Assembly (NCBI GenBank): GCA_965198115.1
Contig: OZ240241.1
Span: 5,056,001-5,120,000 of the forward strand
Reading direction: 5' to 3'
DNA from: Candidatus Latescibacterota bacterium
GTDB lineage: Bacteria > Latescibacterota > UBA2968
Length of the DNA: 64,000 bases
Shown here: positions 8,738-18,894 of the stretch, one piece after another
Layout: each line of letters begins with the position of its first letter
How positions within the stretch are numbered: the stretch's first letter is position 1
Notes under the pieces: generated by a model
Seen by the model: only the letters and a program-made list of their open reading frames with translations
Database searches by the model: none
What the model was told of the DNA's origin: nothing
Program-made: the position numbers and the translations under genes

Positions 8738-11083
8738 TCAAGGAATGATGGCGAAGTCGGATTGCCGGGTCGTTTCGGTTCCGGCGTTCAGATCTTGGAT
8801 TTTCATTCTGACTTCGTACTGTCCAGGTTTGGCATCGGCGAGTTGAATCTCGAGAAAGTCGTTTTCTGTTTCTTCCGTTCCTGTCTGCTCGAATTCGAAC
8901 CCCACCGTTTCACCCGTCTCCTTCCTCAGCTTGGCCAGAAACGGAATTTTAATTTTGCCTTCCGAGGTCTGAGCCTCCACCTCGTAGGATAGCTGAAAAC
9001 GCGTCTGACCGAACTCGTCCCGTGTCAGATTGTAGATTTCGTAGTAGACGAAGAGGGGCTGCCCCTTCCGAAACTGACGCGTCGGCGCGGGAAGAATATC
9101 GAATCCGTTCCGGGTCCATTTGGATGTCGCATCGGGATTCGACTCGACGACCTGTTGGGCGATATGCAGGTCACTCATGATCAGGCTGTCTACCCAGTAG
9201 TCCCTGAGGTCCAGGCCTTGAGGGTAGACCTCGACGCGGTTCGTGTTAGTTCGCTGGGCCTGGACACGCAGTTCGTAGTGACCGGGTCGGACCTGGACTT
9301 TGTGCAGGTCGACTGCCAGCATACCTCGACCTCTCGTTTCATCGCTGATGCCGATGCCCAGGTAGTCCACGGCATGGTGCACTTCGTCCAGATTCTTCAG
9401 GAGGACGATGCGACGCTCCACGACGACGGATGTGTCCTGATCGGTGGGCAGCGCCACTTCGTCGATGGGAAGACCGACGCTGACCTGGAGCTCGGTTTTG
9501 CTCGAGTCTCCTCGAAACGATACGGCCTCGTATCGAAATTCGAGGGGGGTGAGGAAAGAGAGGTCGTATTTTTCGGGTGTGCGGATGATTGCGTCCTGAA
9601 CGCGTGTGGAGGGGGCCGTTTCCGTCAGCAGGCTGAGGAGCCTGACGGGAGATCCGACCGATCGGGCACCGATGCGGTCCATGTCTTCTGATGACAGCAT
9701 AGGGATGGGTGCGTAATCATAGTGGCCGGAGAGAAAGTCGTCGGTGAACGCGATCTCGACGCCACGATCGCCCACTCCCGTGTAAACCCAAACCTCCCAC
9801 GGTATGGCCGACCAGTCGTGGCCCGACGTGACGGGCTTGTAACTGTCGAGCATGAGGAGTTCGCCCCCCGGGAGGGCGTCGTCGGCGAGCGACCGTCCGA
9901 TGTCCTGCTGGCTCTTGATCGGGTAGACGGGACCCACGAACGAGAAGTCCATGCCCTGATCTCCGTAGAGCTGGTGCGCCAACCGCTCCTGTACGCGTTG
10001 GGCTGCGGGCGACACGATCGCATTCAGGTTGCGTGAACTGGATTGCCAGTCGGGCTCTCCGAAGCGGATGTAGATTTCACCCCGACGATCCCACGGGCGC
10101 TTCCGCTTCCCGTATTTGGTGATGGCGACCCAGACGCGGCGGTAATGCTCGGCGCGACGGAACGCTCCACCGGACGTCTTGAAGGCATCGCGCACCATCC
10201 AGAATCGATTCAGGAACGCTTCCCGTTTGCTCGGGGGCACGCTTCTCCACGCCCGGATTTCGGGTCTGTTGCCGACCAGGGCGATGTCTTCGTAGAGCGC
10301 TCGGTCCTCGGGGTCGAGTGTGGCGATGTAGTCCTGGTAGGCCTCGAGAGCGGCCTCGTGATCTCCCATCTTGACGAGGGCGAACCCGAGTAATGGGAGC
10401 GACCGGGGTTCCGTGAGGCGTGAGGCGATCTCGGTCAACGCATCGTAGGCGCCCGATTCGAAGAGACTGAGGGCGAAGGCGTAGGCCCCATCCTGGTCTC
10501 CGGGGTTCCGATCGAGGTATCGTTTGAAGAACAGGCCCGCGGGGTCCGTATTGCCGTCCTCTACGTAGATCTCTGCCAGGATCCGGTAGGGCTCTGCCAG
10601 ACGGGCGTCGAGCATGATGGCCCGGTCGGCAGCGCGACGGGCTTCCCGCGTGCGGTCCGTCTCCCGGTAGGCGATCGCCAGCAGGCTGTGGGCGGTTGCG
10701 TAGGTCGAGTCGATTTCGAGCGCTCTGAGGAAATAAGGAATGGCTTCTTTGGGTTTCTTGCGGAGCTCGAGATGGACACGTCCTAGGCCTAAGGGGGGTC
10801 CTGCGAGGTCGGGTCGTGCGGCAATGGCTCGAGTAAGAGCAGCCAGGGCGCTGTCCGTCGATCCTGCACGGAGATACAGGGCGCCACGGAACGCGTCGAT
10901 GCGGCCGGTGTCCGTCGTTTCGGGGCGAAGGGCCAACAAGGCGACCGCCGCGCCCTCCAGGTCGTGCGTCGACCCGAGGAAGATCGAGTCGATGCGGGCA
11001 TCGAGGTCTTGGGAAACGGCTGTCGCGCTCGAGAAGAGACTCGTCACGATGACGAGGCTGAGGACGAAGAACGATCGGGACAA
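8738..11083 (-). CDS. TPR + GWxTD-domain secreted protein
   Basis: Signal peptide, TPR-like helices, FW..RD, EHYRR, WDRRGEIYIRFGEPD, WEVWVY. Confidence 0.85.
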   Translation of the reverse strand: MSRSFFVLSLVIVTSLFSSATAVSQDLDARIDSIFLGSTHDLEGAAVALLALRPETTDTGRIDAFRGALYLRAGSTDSALAALTRAIAARPDLAGPPLGLGRVHLELRKKPKEAIPYFLRALEIDSTYATAHSLLAIAYRETDRTREARRAADRAIMLDARLAEPYRILAEIYVEDGNTDPAGLFFKRYLDRNPGDQDGAYAFALSLFESGAYDALTEIASRLTEPRSLPLLGFALVKMGDHEAALEAYQDYIATLDPEDRALYEDIALVGNRPEIRAWRSVPPSKREAFLNRFWMVRDAFKTSGGAFRRAEHYRRVWVAITKYGKRKRPWDRRGEIYIRFGEPDWQSSSRNLNAIVSPAAQRVQERLAHQLYGDQGMDFSFVGPVYPIKSQQDIGRSLADDALPGGELLMLDSYKPVTSGHDWSAIPWEVWVYTGVGDRGVEIAFTDDFLSGHYDYAPIPMLSSEDMDRIGARSVGSPVRLLSLLTETAPSTRVQDAIIRTPEKYDLSFLTPLEFRYEAVSFRGDSSKTELQVSVGLPIDEVALPTDQDTSVVVERRIVLLKNLDEVHHAVDYLGIGISDETRGRGMLAVDLHKVQVRPGHYELRVQAQRTNTNRVEVYPQGLDLRDYWVDSLIMSDLHIAQQVVESNPDATSKWTRNGFDILPAPTRQFRKGQPLFVYYEIYNLTRDEFGQTRFQLSYEVEAQTSEGKIKIPFLAKLRKETGETVGFEFEQTGTEETENDFLEIQLADAKPGQYEVRMKIQDLNAGTETTRQSDFAIIP

Positions 11084-11156
11084 TGGATTCCTCTCGGTTC
11101 GGGTGGGATTGACAAAACAAGAACGCCCGAGTGCGCCCAGAGATCCGGCTTGCGGC

Positions 11157-11185
11157 TTGACGCCCGCTGAAGCGCCGAGTATACT
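11157..11185 (+). promoter_or_regulatory. Sigma70 promoter
   Basis: TTGACG-17 bp-TATACT. Confidence 0.7.
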
Positions 11186-11321
11186 GGCCGGCCCACGGAC
11201 ATTGAAGATTCAACTTCGTGTCGGGCATAGGACATATATAAGTGTTGCGGTTGGGATGCAACACTCGGTCGCCGACTCGGCGACACGTCGAGGCGCGGGG
11301 TGGTTCGGATCCTGTTTTTCC

Positions 11322-11350
11322 TTGACTTGGCCCGTGACCACCTCTACGTT
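11322..11350 (+). promoter_or_regulatory. Second putative sigma70 promoter upstream of PTS IIA
   Basis: TTGACT-17 bp-TACGTT. Confidence 0.45.
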
Positions 11351-11417
11351 TCGAGAAACGTGAGATAAGTTAATGCGAAACAGGTAGTTCCGCCTGTTCT
11401 CCCGTTCGGAGGAACGG

Positions 11418-11879
11418 ATGAGGTTGATGGAAATCCTGTCGGGAAAGTCGGTCGTCGTCGGCTTGGACGGGCTGACAAAGGGGGAGATCCTCGAAGAGCT
11501 TGTCGACGTTCTCGAAGTGGGTGACAAGATCATCGATCGGGACAAGGTGCTCGAGGCCGTTCTGCAGCGGGAAGAGATCATGAGCACTGGCATCGGCCAC
11601 GGGATCGCGATTCCCCACGGGAAGTCCGAATTCGTGAAGGAACTCGGCGGCGTGCTCGGAATCAAAGGTGATGGCGTTGATTTCGATGCCCTGGACGGAA
11701 AACCGACGTTCATTTTTTTTCTCCTCGTCTCACCGATGGACGTGTCGGGTCCCCACATTAAGGCGCTTGCCCGTATTTCCAGGTTGTTGAAGGGCGAGGC
11801 GTTTCGACAGGAATTGATTGGCGCATCGGACAGGGACACGGCCATCAGGATCCTGGAGGAAGAAGAAAAGCGTCATTGA
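11418..11879 (+). CDS. PTS EIIA-domain protein (fructose/Ntr type, PtsN-like)
   Basis: REEIMSTGIGHGIAIPHG (phospho-His), GVDFDALDG, HIKALARISRLL. Confidence 0.9.
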   Translation: MRLMEILSGKSVVVGLDGLTKGEILEELVDVLEVGDKIIDRDKVLEAVLQREEIMSTGIGHGIAIPHGKSEFVKELGGVLGIKGDGVDFDALDGKPTFIFFLLVSPMDVSGPHIKALARISRLLKGEAFRQELIGASDRDTAIRILEEEEKRH

Positions 11880-11905
11880 AGTTGCCGGCGCCGCACTCAC
11901 AGGGT

Positions 11906-11937
11906 CTGCTCGCGAACGGTCGTGAGCAGTTTTTTTT
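11906..11937 (+). terminator. Rho-independent terminator whose T-tract is the ISL3 target
   Basis: CTGCTCGCGA-ACGG-TCGTGAGCAG followed by T8. Confidence 0.75.
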
Positions 11938-13357
11938 GGCTATATCCGGATCTCTCAACGAGCTGAAGTGGGTGAAGGTGCCGTGGTTCCTGGCATGGGG
12001 GCGCGGTTAGCGTGTGCGGAACCTCTTCGGAATCTGCTCAGGGATGTTTATGTCTCCGACGGTAAGGAAGATCATATCGTTGAATGCGTCGAGTGTGCGG
12101 AATCCGCTGGCTCGGTTCTTGACGATTTGGACGATTCGGTTGAGGCCTTCGGCGATGGCGTTGGTAAGACGCGTGTTCACGAATGCGAGGACGCCGAAGA
12201 AGTGCTGTCGCAGGGTCCTGACGAACTTTCGCAGGGGTTCAAGTCGACTTCTGAGTGCGGACGTCGTCCAGCATTTCAGGAAGCGTTCGGCAGCCCAGGG
12301 CGCTTTGTATTCCCAGAACTGCTCGAACTCGTCCTTGAGTCTCCAGGCTCTATAGATTCGGTAGTTCGCCTTCTCCAGTGCTTTGAGTGTCCGAGTATCC
12401 CCTCTGGAGCGTGTCGCTGAGTGCCGGTAGAGGAGCCATCGGAGGCCCTTCATGGCTTTGCGCTCATCCGGGGCAGCTTTACGCCACTGGTCCTTACGGA
12501 CCTCGTCAACGGCGGCATTGAGAGCCTTGACGATGTGAAAGCGATCGAGGACCAGCTTGGCATTCGGACAGTGTTCCTGGATGGCTCCGATGTAAGCTTC
12601 GCTCATGTCGCAGCAGGCCCACTCGATCTTGGATCTCTGGTAGGGACTGAGAGCCTCTGTGAAGAACCGATCGATCGTTTTACGCGCCCTGCCGCGGCCA
12701 ACCCACACCACGCAGAAGCGGTCCAGATCGTAAACGAGCGTGGCGTACCTGTGACGCTTGGCGTAGGAGATCTCGTCGATCCCGATGGTTTTGAGCCCTC
12801 GGATACGATGACCTTCACGAAGCCGCGTGATGGATCGGTGAAGGAGATCCGACAGCGTCGAGGCAGAGATGCGCAGCAACTCGGACGCCGCCTTCTGCGT
12901 CATGGTCTGGCAGTAGCGCAGCATGGCATACTCGAAGCGATACGTCACCCGAGAGAACCGCTCCGCCCACGGAATCTCCTCGACCACACGACCGTGGGTA
13001 GGACACCGAATCTCCCGAGGATGGTAGAGAAGCCAGACCCTCCACCCGCACACCGGAATGTCACGCCACCGACGCGGATGGGGCATTGTGCGGACGATTT
13101 TACCTCGACGGCCGCACTCCAGACAACAACAACCATTCTTATGTGGCTTTACGGCGATGACGAAACAGCTTCTCCCCTCAAACCACCAGCTGACAACACG
13201 GAACCCCTTGAATCTCAGCAGTTTCGATAGTAATCTGCTCCCGGTCATAGGTCGCACCCCCTTCGCTTTGATTGTCCTACACACACAACCAAGCGTAGGG
13301 AACGATCTATGACCTTATCATTCTATAGTTTCACCGTTGAGAAACCCGGATAGAGCC
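11938..13357 (-). mobile_element. ISL3-family element, copy 1 (1420 bp)
   Basis: IRs GGCTCTATCCGGGTTTCTCAACG / GGCTATATCCGGATCTCTCAACG. 8-bp TSD TTTTTTTT at 11930-11937 and 13358-13365. Confidence 0.95.
12007..13284 (-). CDS. ISL3 transposase
   Basis: Zn finger (CxxC...CPTH), GIDE, CDM, DRFHIVK, TNAIAEGLN. Confidence 0.93.
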   Translation of the reverse strand: MCRTIKAKGVRPMTGSRLLSKLLRFKGFRVVSWWFEGRSCFVIAVKPHKNGCCCLECGRRGKIVRTMPHPRRWRDIPVCGWRVWLLYHPREIRCPTHGRVVEEIPWAERFSRVTYRFEYAMLRYCQTMTQKAASELLRISASTLSDLLHRSITRLREGHRIRGLKTIGIDEISYAKRHRYATLVYDLDRFCVVWVGRGRARKTIDRFFTEALSPYQRSKIEWACCDMSEAYIGAIQEHCPNAKLVLDRFHIVKALNAAVDEVRKDQWRKAAPDERKAMKGLRWLLYRHSATRSRGDTRTLKALEKANYRIYRAWRLKDEFEQFWEYKAPWAAERFLKCWTTSALRSRLEPLRKFVRTLRQHFFGVLAFVNTRLTNAIAEGLNRIVQIVKNRASGFRTLDAFNDMIFLTVGDINIPEQIPKRFRTR

Positions 13358-13422
13358 TTTTTTTTGCCATACCGGAACCGTGGGGCGACTCGAGATACTC
13401 AGGAGAGGGTGAGGGCTGAACC

Positions 13423-15495
13423 GTGTTCGGACTCAGTTTCGCAAATCCTGCCTTGCTGCACGGGCTCTGGGTCGCGCTGGCTCCGATCGTCATCCACCTG
13501 CTCAACCGACGTCGGGCGGCGACGGTCCCGTTCAGCAACGTGGCCCTGATCCAGTCGCTTCAGCACGACCGCATGCGCCGCGTGCGATTGAAGCAGTGGC
13601 TGCTTCTTCTGCTCCGCACGTTGTTGATTGCTTTTCTGGCCCTGGCCTTCGCACGTCCGACACTCCGTGGCGCACCGGGGGGTGGAGGCACACACACGGC
13701 TGCGGTCGTGCTGGTCGACCGGTCTTTGAGCGTGCGTCACGTGGGTGTGTTTTCGACGGCCCGTGAGCGTCTGGAGGAGCTCCTTCCCTTGTTCGAATCG
13801 CAGGACGATGTGCACATCATCGCGTTCGACGATCGAGCAGAACGTGTGGGCGCCGGATCCGTTACCGGATTTCGGCTGGCCACGCGGGACCTGTCCGCAG
13901 GATACAGGGGGACCGATCTTCTCCCGGCGATCGAGATGGCGCAATCGCTCCTTGCCCGATCCGACCATTTGAACCGTGAGGTTTACATTCTGTCGGATTT
14001 CGCCGCATCGGGGTGGCAATCCGTGCCCGACTCGATCGCGGGGTTTTCCGAATCGATCGTTTACGCGATTCGGCTGGTGAGCACCCCGTCCGAGAACGTC
14101 TCCATCCAGGACGTTCGGCCTGCGGGGGGTGTGCTGGGCGTCGGGCTTCGGTCGTCCCTGACCCTTGCTCTGGCCAACCACGGATCGACGCCACGTTCGG
14201 AGGTTGGGATCGATGTGAGTGCGAACGGGCGAAGGATTGCTCGGCGTGTCGTGTCGGTGGCTCCGGGAGCGCTCGCGGTGGACGTTCCATTCACGCCGGA
14301 GGCGGGAGGTGATGTCATCGTTCGAGTCGAGCTCGAAGACTCGGACGATCTGCCGGACGACGACGTGCGCCGATCGGTCGTGCACGTTCCGTCGCGTGTG
14401 CGGGTCACGCTTGCCGGGTCCAGAGACGATCGGTATTTCGTGGAGCAGGCCCTGGTGTCGGAGGGGGAGGCGGTTTCTGTTCACGCCGTCGACGTGGACG
14501 CGTTGACGGTCGAAGACGTGGCCGAAACCGATGTGGTCGTGCTGTGGGCGGAGACACTCGCTCGCTCGCAGGTCGACCTGCTCGCTCGTCACGTCGAAGG
14601 TGGCGGGGGTCTATGGCTGTTCCTCGGTCGTCACGTCGACACCCGTGTCTACAACGAGCGTGTACTTCCCCGACTGGCCCCGTGCCGTCTGGTCGGTGTG
14701 GAGGGAAGACCGGGAGGAGAGACGCACGCTCGGCTGAGGCCACCCGGAGACGGTCACGTTCTGTTTCGCGATCTCGTGGATCCGGAGACGTTCAGAAGCC
14801 CCGCTTTCCACGTGAAGTATCGCGTGGAACCACAGCCGGGTGTCGAGACGCTTCTATCGTTCACGGACGGGGGGGCCGCCCTGCTGCAGTCGACGATGGG
14901 TCACGGGCGCGTGCTGGTCCTGACCTCGAACACCGATCCCGATTGGAGCGACCTGGCGGTGTCGGGTCTGTTCGTTCCTCTCGTGCATCGCGTCACCCGG
15001 TTTCTCGCTTCTGGAGCGTTCGGTCGATCCGACTATGTCGTTGGAAGTCAGGTTACCCGGTATGTGACGGATCTCGACGACCGGGAGGGCCAGCTGCACG
15101 CGCCGGACGGCACGATGCGGACGATCTGGACCGAGGAAAGGGGATCGAGACGTGTGTGGGACCTCGGAACGCTGGCCCTGCCGGGGCTTTACGAGATTCG
15201 GGCCCGGGGTCGCCGCGTCGATCGACTGGCGGTCAACGTGCCTTCAGAAGAGTCCGACTTGAGTCCGATCGGATCGAAATCGATCGATCGGATGCTCCGC
15301 GGGGCCGAAGTCGTGGACGTCGACGCCGATGCGGGGCTCGAAGCGGTGGTGACGGCGCGACGACGGGGGCGCGAACTCTGGCAGTCGTTCTTGCTCGTTG
15401 CCCTGTTGTTCATGGCCGCGGAGCTGTGGATCGTGGGTGGAGAGAAGCGGAGTCGCGAAAGTGCAGCCGTAGCCCCAAATCGACCGCTACCTTGA
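13423..15495 (+). CDS. BatA N-terminal + vWA domain membrane protein
   Basis: PIVIHLL, LLLLLRTL...ARP, DRSLS MIDAS-like motif, AVN...ESDL, C-terminal TM helix. Confidence 0.85.
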   Translation: MFGLSFANPALLHGLWVALAPIVIHLLNRRRAATVPFSNVALIQSLQHDRMRRVRLKQWLLLLLRTLLIAFLALAFARPTLRGAPGGGGTHTAAVVLVDRSLSVRHVGVFSTARERLEELLPLFESQDDVHIIAFDDRAERVGAGSVTGFRLATRDLSAGYRGTDLLPAIEMAQSLLARSDHLNREVYILSDFAASGWQSVPDSIAGFSESIVYAIRLVSTPSENVSIQDVRPAGGVLGVGLRSSLTLALANHGSTPRSEVGIDVSANGRRIARRVVSVAPGALAVDVPFTPEAGGDVIVRVELEDSDDLPDDDVRRSVVHVPSRVRVTLAGSRDDRYFVEQALVSEGEAVSVHAVDVDALTVEDVAETDVVVLWAETLARSQVDLLARHVEGGGGLWLFLGRHVDTRVYNERVLPRLAPCRLVGVEGRPGGETHARLRPPGDGHVLFRDLVDPETFRSPAFHVKYRVEPQPGVETLLSFTDGGAALLQSTMGHGRVLVLTSNTDPDWSDLAVSGLFVPLVHRVTRFLASGAFGRSDYVVGSQVTRYVTDLDDREGQLHAPDGTMRTIWTEERGSRRVWDLGTLALPGLYEIRARGRRVDRLAVNVPSEESDLSPIGSKSIDRMLRGAEVVDVDADAGLEAVVTARRRGRELWQSFLLVALLFMAAELWIVGGEKRSRESAAVAPNRPLP

Positions 15496-15688
15496 CATCT
15501 TCGGGGGGCGCTCTTATGTTTGCACCGAATCGGGCCCCTACCCGGATTTTTACACTTTACCACGGATTTCTCCCCGTGGTTTCGCGCCGGATGTGTGCCA
15601 ATTGTTCGTCCGGCGACCCCGAGTCTGGCCGAAGGACATCCGAACCCATTGGTGTGCTCCACCCCTTGACTGGAGCAGAAGGAAGGGT

Positions 15689-17971
15689 ATGGCGAAAAAT
15701 CTGATCATCGTGGAATCTCCAGCTAAAGCTCGAACGATCACGAATTTCGTGGGCAAGGAATACAAAGTGGTCGCGTCGATGGGGCACATCCGCGACCTGC
15801 CTGCTCGCGAGCTCGGCTTCGATCCTGATGAGGATTTCGTCCCCAACTACGAAGTGCCCGATGAGAAGCGGAAGGTAATCCGCGAGCTGAAAAAGGAGAT
15901 CGACAAGGACACGACGGTCTATCTGGCGACGGACGAAGACCGCGAGGGTGAGTCGATTTCTTGGCACCTGATCTCGGCGCTCAAGATCGAGAAGAATCCG
16001 ATTCGGCGGATCGTTTTCCACGAGATCACAAAGCGCGCGATCGAGGAGGCACTCGCTAACCCGCGCGACGTGGATCAATCGCTGGTCGATGCCCAACAGG
16101 CACGACGTTTGATCGACCGGGCGGTTGGCTACAAACTGTCGCCGCTGCTGTGGCGAAAGATCAAGGGGGGTCTGTCGGCCGGTCGGGTCCAGAGTGTGGC
16201 CGTGCGAATCCTGGTGGAGCGAGAGCGCGAGATTCGCGCGTTCAAGCCGGATGAATTTTGGAAAATCAAGGCCGCTTTCGCGTCGCCGGCGTTCGAGTCC
16301 GAGCTGTCGCGAATCGGCGGAAAGCAGCAGAAGGTCCCGAACGAGACCGAAGCACGGGCCATCGAGACGAGTGCACGCGCGGGAACGTTCGTGGTGAATG
16401 AGGTCGCCGAGCGCGAGGGTCGCCGGAAGCCCGTCGCGCCGTTCATCACGTCGACGCTCCAGCAGGAAGCGTCGCGCAAGCTGTCGTTTTCGGTCGGGCA
16501 GACAATGCGTGTGGCGCAGCAGCTCTACGAGGGCAATTTCGAAATTCCCGGCTACGAGGGGGGTCTCATTACTTATATGAGGACCGACTCGGTCAATCTG
16601 TCGAACGAAGCGCTGTCACAGGCACGTGAGGTGATCGTCCAGGAATACGGAAAAGAGTATGCCGTGGACCAGCCGCGGACCTTCAAGACCACGGCACGCG
16701 GCGCCCAGGAGGCCCACGAAGCGATCCGACCCGCCAACCTGTCCGTCAAGCCGAGCGACGTGAAGCCCCACCTGTCCTCCCAGCTTTTCAAGCTCTACGA
16801 CCTGGTCTGGAAGCGAACGCTCGCGACGCAGATGGAAGAAGCCCGAATCCTGCATACGACGCTCAAGATCGAGGCGGGGAAAGACAAGGAGCTCCTGTTC
16901 GAAACGAAGGGGCAACGGATCCTCTTTCCGGGTTTCCTGAAGGCCTACACGGAGGGTTCGGACGATCCAGAGGCGGCTCTGGAGGACCAGGACGTGATTC
17001 TGCCAAAAGTTGAGGAAGGGCAGACTCTGGACCTGGCGGATCTCACGCTCGATCAGAATTTCACGAAGCCTCCGCCCCGGTATACCGAAGCTTCTCTCGT
17101 GAAGAAACTCGAGTCGGAAGGGATCGGCCGGCCGTCGACGTACGCCCCGATCATTTCGACGATTCAGGATCGCGGATACGTCGAGCGAACGAGGGACCGC
17201 AAACTGCGGCCGACCGCGACGGGGGAGGTGGTCAACGACTTTCTGGTCGAGCACTTTGCGGATATCGTCGACGTCGGTTTCACGATCAAGATCGAAGACG
17301 AGTTCGACGAGATCGCGAAGGGAGTTCAGAGTTGGCAGGAGATGATGCGCGAGTTCTATCCGCCCTTCGTGGGTACGGTCGTCGATAAAGACAAGAACGT
17401 CGACCCCACGACCGCACGGACGGTTCGCGTACTCGGCGACGATCCGAAGACCGGCAGACCCGTGAGTGTACGATTGGGGAAATTCGGACCGATGGTTCAG
17501 ATCGGGACTCGCGAAGACGAAGAGAAGCCCCTGTTCGCGTCGGTCCCGAACGACAAGAACATCTACGAAGTTGAACTGGATGAAGCCCTCGGCTACTTCG
17601 ACTTTCCGCGGACGCTCGGTGAGCTGGACGGGGAAGAGGTGCTCGTGAATCACGGGCGATACGGCTACTATGTCCGAATCGGACGCGAATATTTCTCTCT
17701 GGAAGAACGAGATCCGACGGCCGTCGAGTTGGAGGAAGCGATTCAGCTCATCAAGGAGGGTCGTGAGAACAAGACGAAGAACGTGATCAAAGACTTTGGG
17801 GACGTTCAGGTGTTGAACGGCCGCTACGGTCCTTACATCAAGAAGGATGGAGAGAACTACCGGATCCCGAAGGGGACCGATCCGTCTACGCTGGATCTCG
17901 AGGCCTGTGAGCAGCTGATGGAAGAAAACGGGCCAACACGCCGTCGGGGCCGGAGAAAGGCAGCGACCTGA
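15689..17971 (+). CDS. topA: DNA topoisomerase I
   Basis: NLIIVESPAKA, LATDEDREGE, SAGRVQS, LITYMRTDS, GIGRPSTY, Topo C-terminal repeats. Confidence 0.97.
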   Translation: MAKNLIIVESPAKARTITNFVGKEYKVVASMGHIRDLPARELGFDPDEDFVPNYEVPDEKRKVIRELKKEIDKDTTVYLATDEDREGESISWHLISALKIEKNPIRRIVFHEITKRAIEEALANPRDVDQSLVDAQQARRLIDRAVGYKLSPLLWRKIKGGLSAGRVQSVAVRILVEREREIRAFKPDEFWKIKAAFASPAFESELSRIGGKQQKVPNETEARAIETSARAGTFVVNEVAEREGRRKPVAPFITSTLQQEASRKLSFSVGQTMRVAQQLYEGNFEIPGYEGGLITYMRTDSVNLSNEALSQAREVIVQEYGKEYAVDQPRTFKTTARGAQEAHEAIRPANLSVKPSDVKPHLSSQLFKLYDLVWKRTLATQMEEARILHTTLKIEAGKDKELLFETKGQRILFPGFLKAYTEGSDDPEAALEDQDVILPKVEEGQTLDLADLTLDQNFTKPPPRYTEASLVKKLESEGIGRPSTYAPIISTIQDRGYVERTRDRKLRPTATGEVVNDFLVEHFADIVDVGFTIKIEDEFDEIAKGVQSWQEMMREFYPPFVGTVVDKDKNVDPTTARTVRVLGDDPKTGRPVSVRLGKFGPMVQIGTREDEEKPLFASVPNDKNIYEVELDEALGYFDFPRTLGELDGEEVLVNHGRYGYYVRIGREYFSLEERDPTAVELEEAIQLIKEGRENKTKNVIKDFGDVQVLNGRYGPYIKKDGENYRIPKGTDPSTLDLEACEQLMEENGPTRRRGRRKAAT

Positions 17972-18012
17972 GCCGGAGAGATTCCCACCACAGCGACGCG
18001 GCTGCCGAGCGC

Positions 18013-18894
18013 GTGGAAGACGCCGCGGCGGGGTTTCTCGATTTTCTGAATCGCGAGCGGCGTCTGTCCGAACATACGTGCCGAGCCTACGGCACCGATC
18101 TGTCACAATTTGGGGCCTATCTCGAGGTTCGGATTCCCGACAAGAGCTGGAACGATCTGAGTCGAAACGACATTCGCGCTTTTTTGGGCTACCTGAGCGA
18201 GGAAGGATTCAGTCGCGGGTCGATCGCCAGGAAGCTGGCGGCGATTCGTACTTTTTTGTCTCACCTCTGCGAGGTGGGAGACATCGATCGCAACCCCGCG
18301 CTGCAGGTTTCTCCCCCCAAGCTCGAAAAGCGTCTTCCCTCGCATTTGAACCTGGAGGAAGCGCGTGCGGCCATCGAGGGGATCGACACGTCCGACGCGC
18401 TGGGTGCCAGAGATCGGGCCATGCTGGAACTGCTCTACGGGGCGGGTCTGCGGTTGCGAGAGCTGGTGGGCCTGACGCTCGAAAGGATCGATCTGGACAC
18501 GGGGTTGGTTCGTGTCGTGGGGAAGGGCGACAAAGAGCGAATCGTTCCGATCGGGCGTGAAGCCGTGACGGCCATTCGGCACTACCTTGGTTTGCGGGTC
18601 TCGTCCACACCCGCTGCCGCCTCCTGCGTCTTTTTGACACGGACGGGTCGCCCGCTCAGCCCAAGCGGGGCTCAGGATCGGGTCGTGAGACACCTCTCCC
18701 GTACGACAGGCCGGCGTCTCGGGCCCCACGCTCTTCGCCATACGTTCGCGACCCATCTCCTCGATGCGGGCGCCGATCTAAACGCGGTCAAGGAAATGTT
18801 GGGACACGCGAGTCTGTCGACGACACAGGTCTATACCCACGTGAGCGTCGAGCGGTTGAAGCAAGCGTATCGTCAGGCGCACCCTCGGGCTTGA
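18013..18894 (+). CDS. xerC: Tyrosine recombinase XerC
   Basis: GLRLREL, GKGDKER, HALRH, LGH, TTQVY. Directly downstream of topA. Confidence 0.88.
   Translation: MEDAAAGFLDFLNRERRLSEHTCRAYGTDLSQFGAYLEVRIPDKSWNDLSRNDIRAFLGYLSEEGFSRGSIARKLAAIRTFLSHLCEVGDIDRNPALQVSPPKLEKRLPSHLNLEEARAAIEGIDTSDALGARDRAMLELLYGAGLRLRELVGLTLERIDLDTGLVRVVGKGDKERIVPIGREAVTAIRHYLGLRVSSTPAAASCVFLTRTGRPLSPSGAQDRVVRHLSRTTGRRLGPHALRHTFATHLLDAGADLNAVKEMLGHASLSTTQVYTHVSVERLKQAYRQAHPRA

Noticed and set aside
18013-18894. Tyrosine recombinase as the island integrase
   Set aside because: It has XerC size and motifs in a housekeeping topA context, more than 30 kb from the island.
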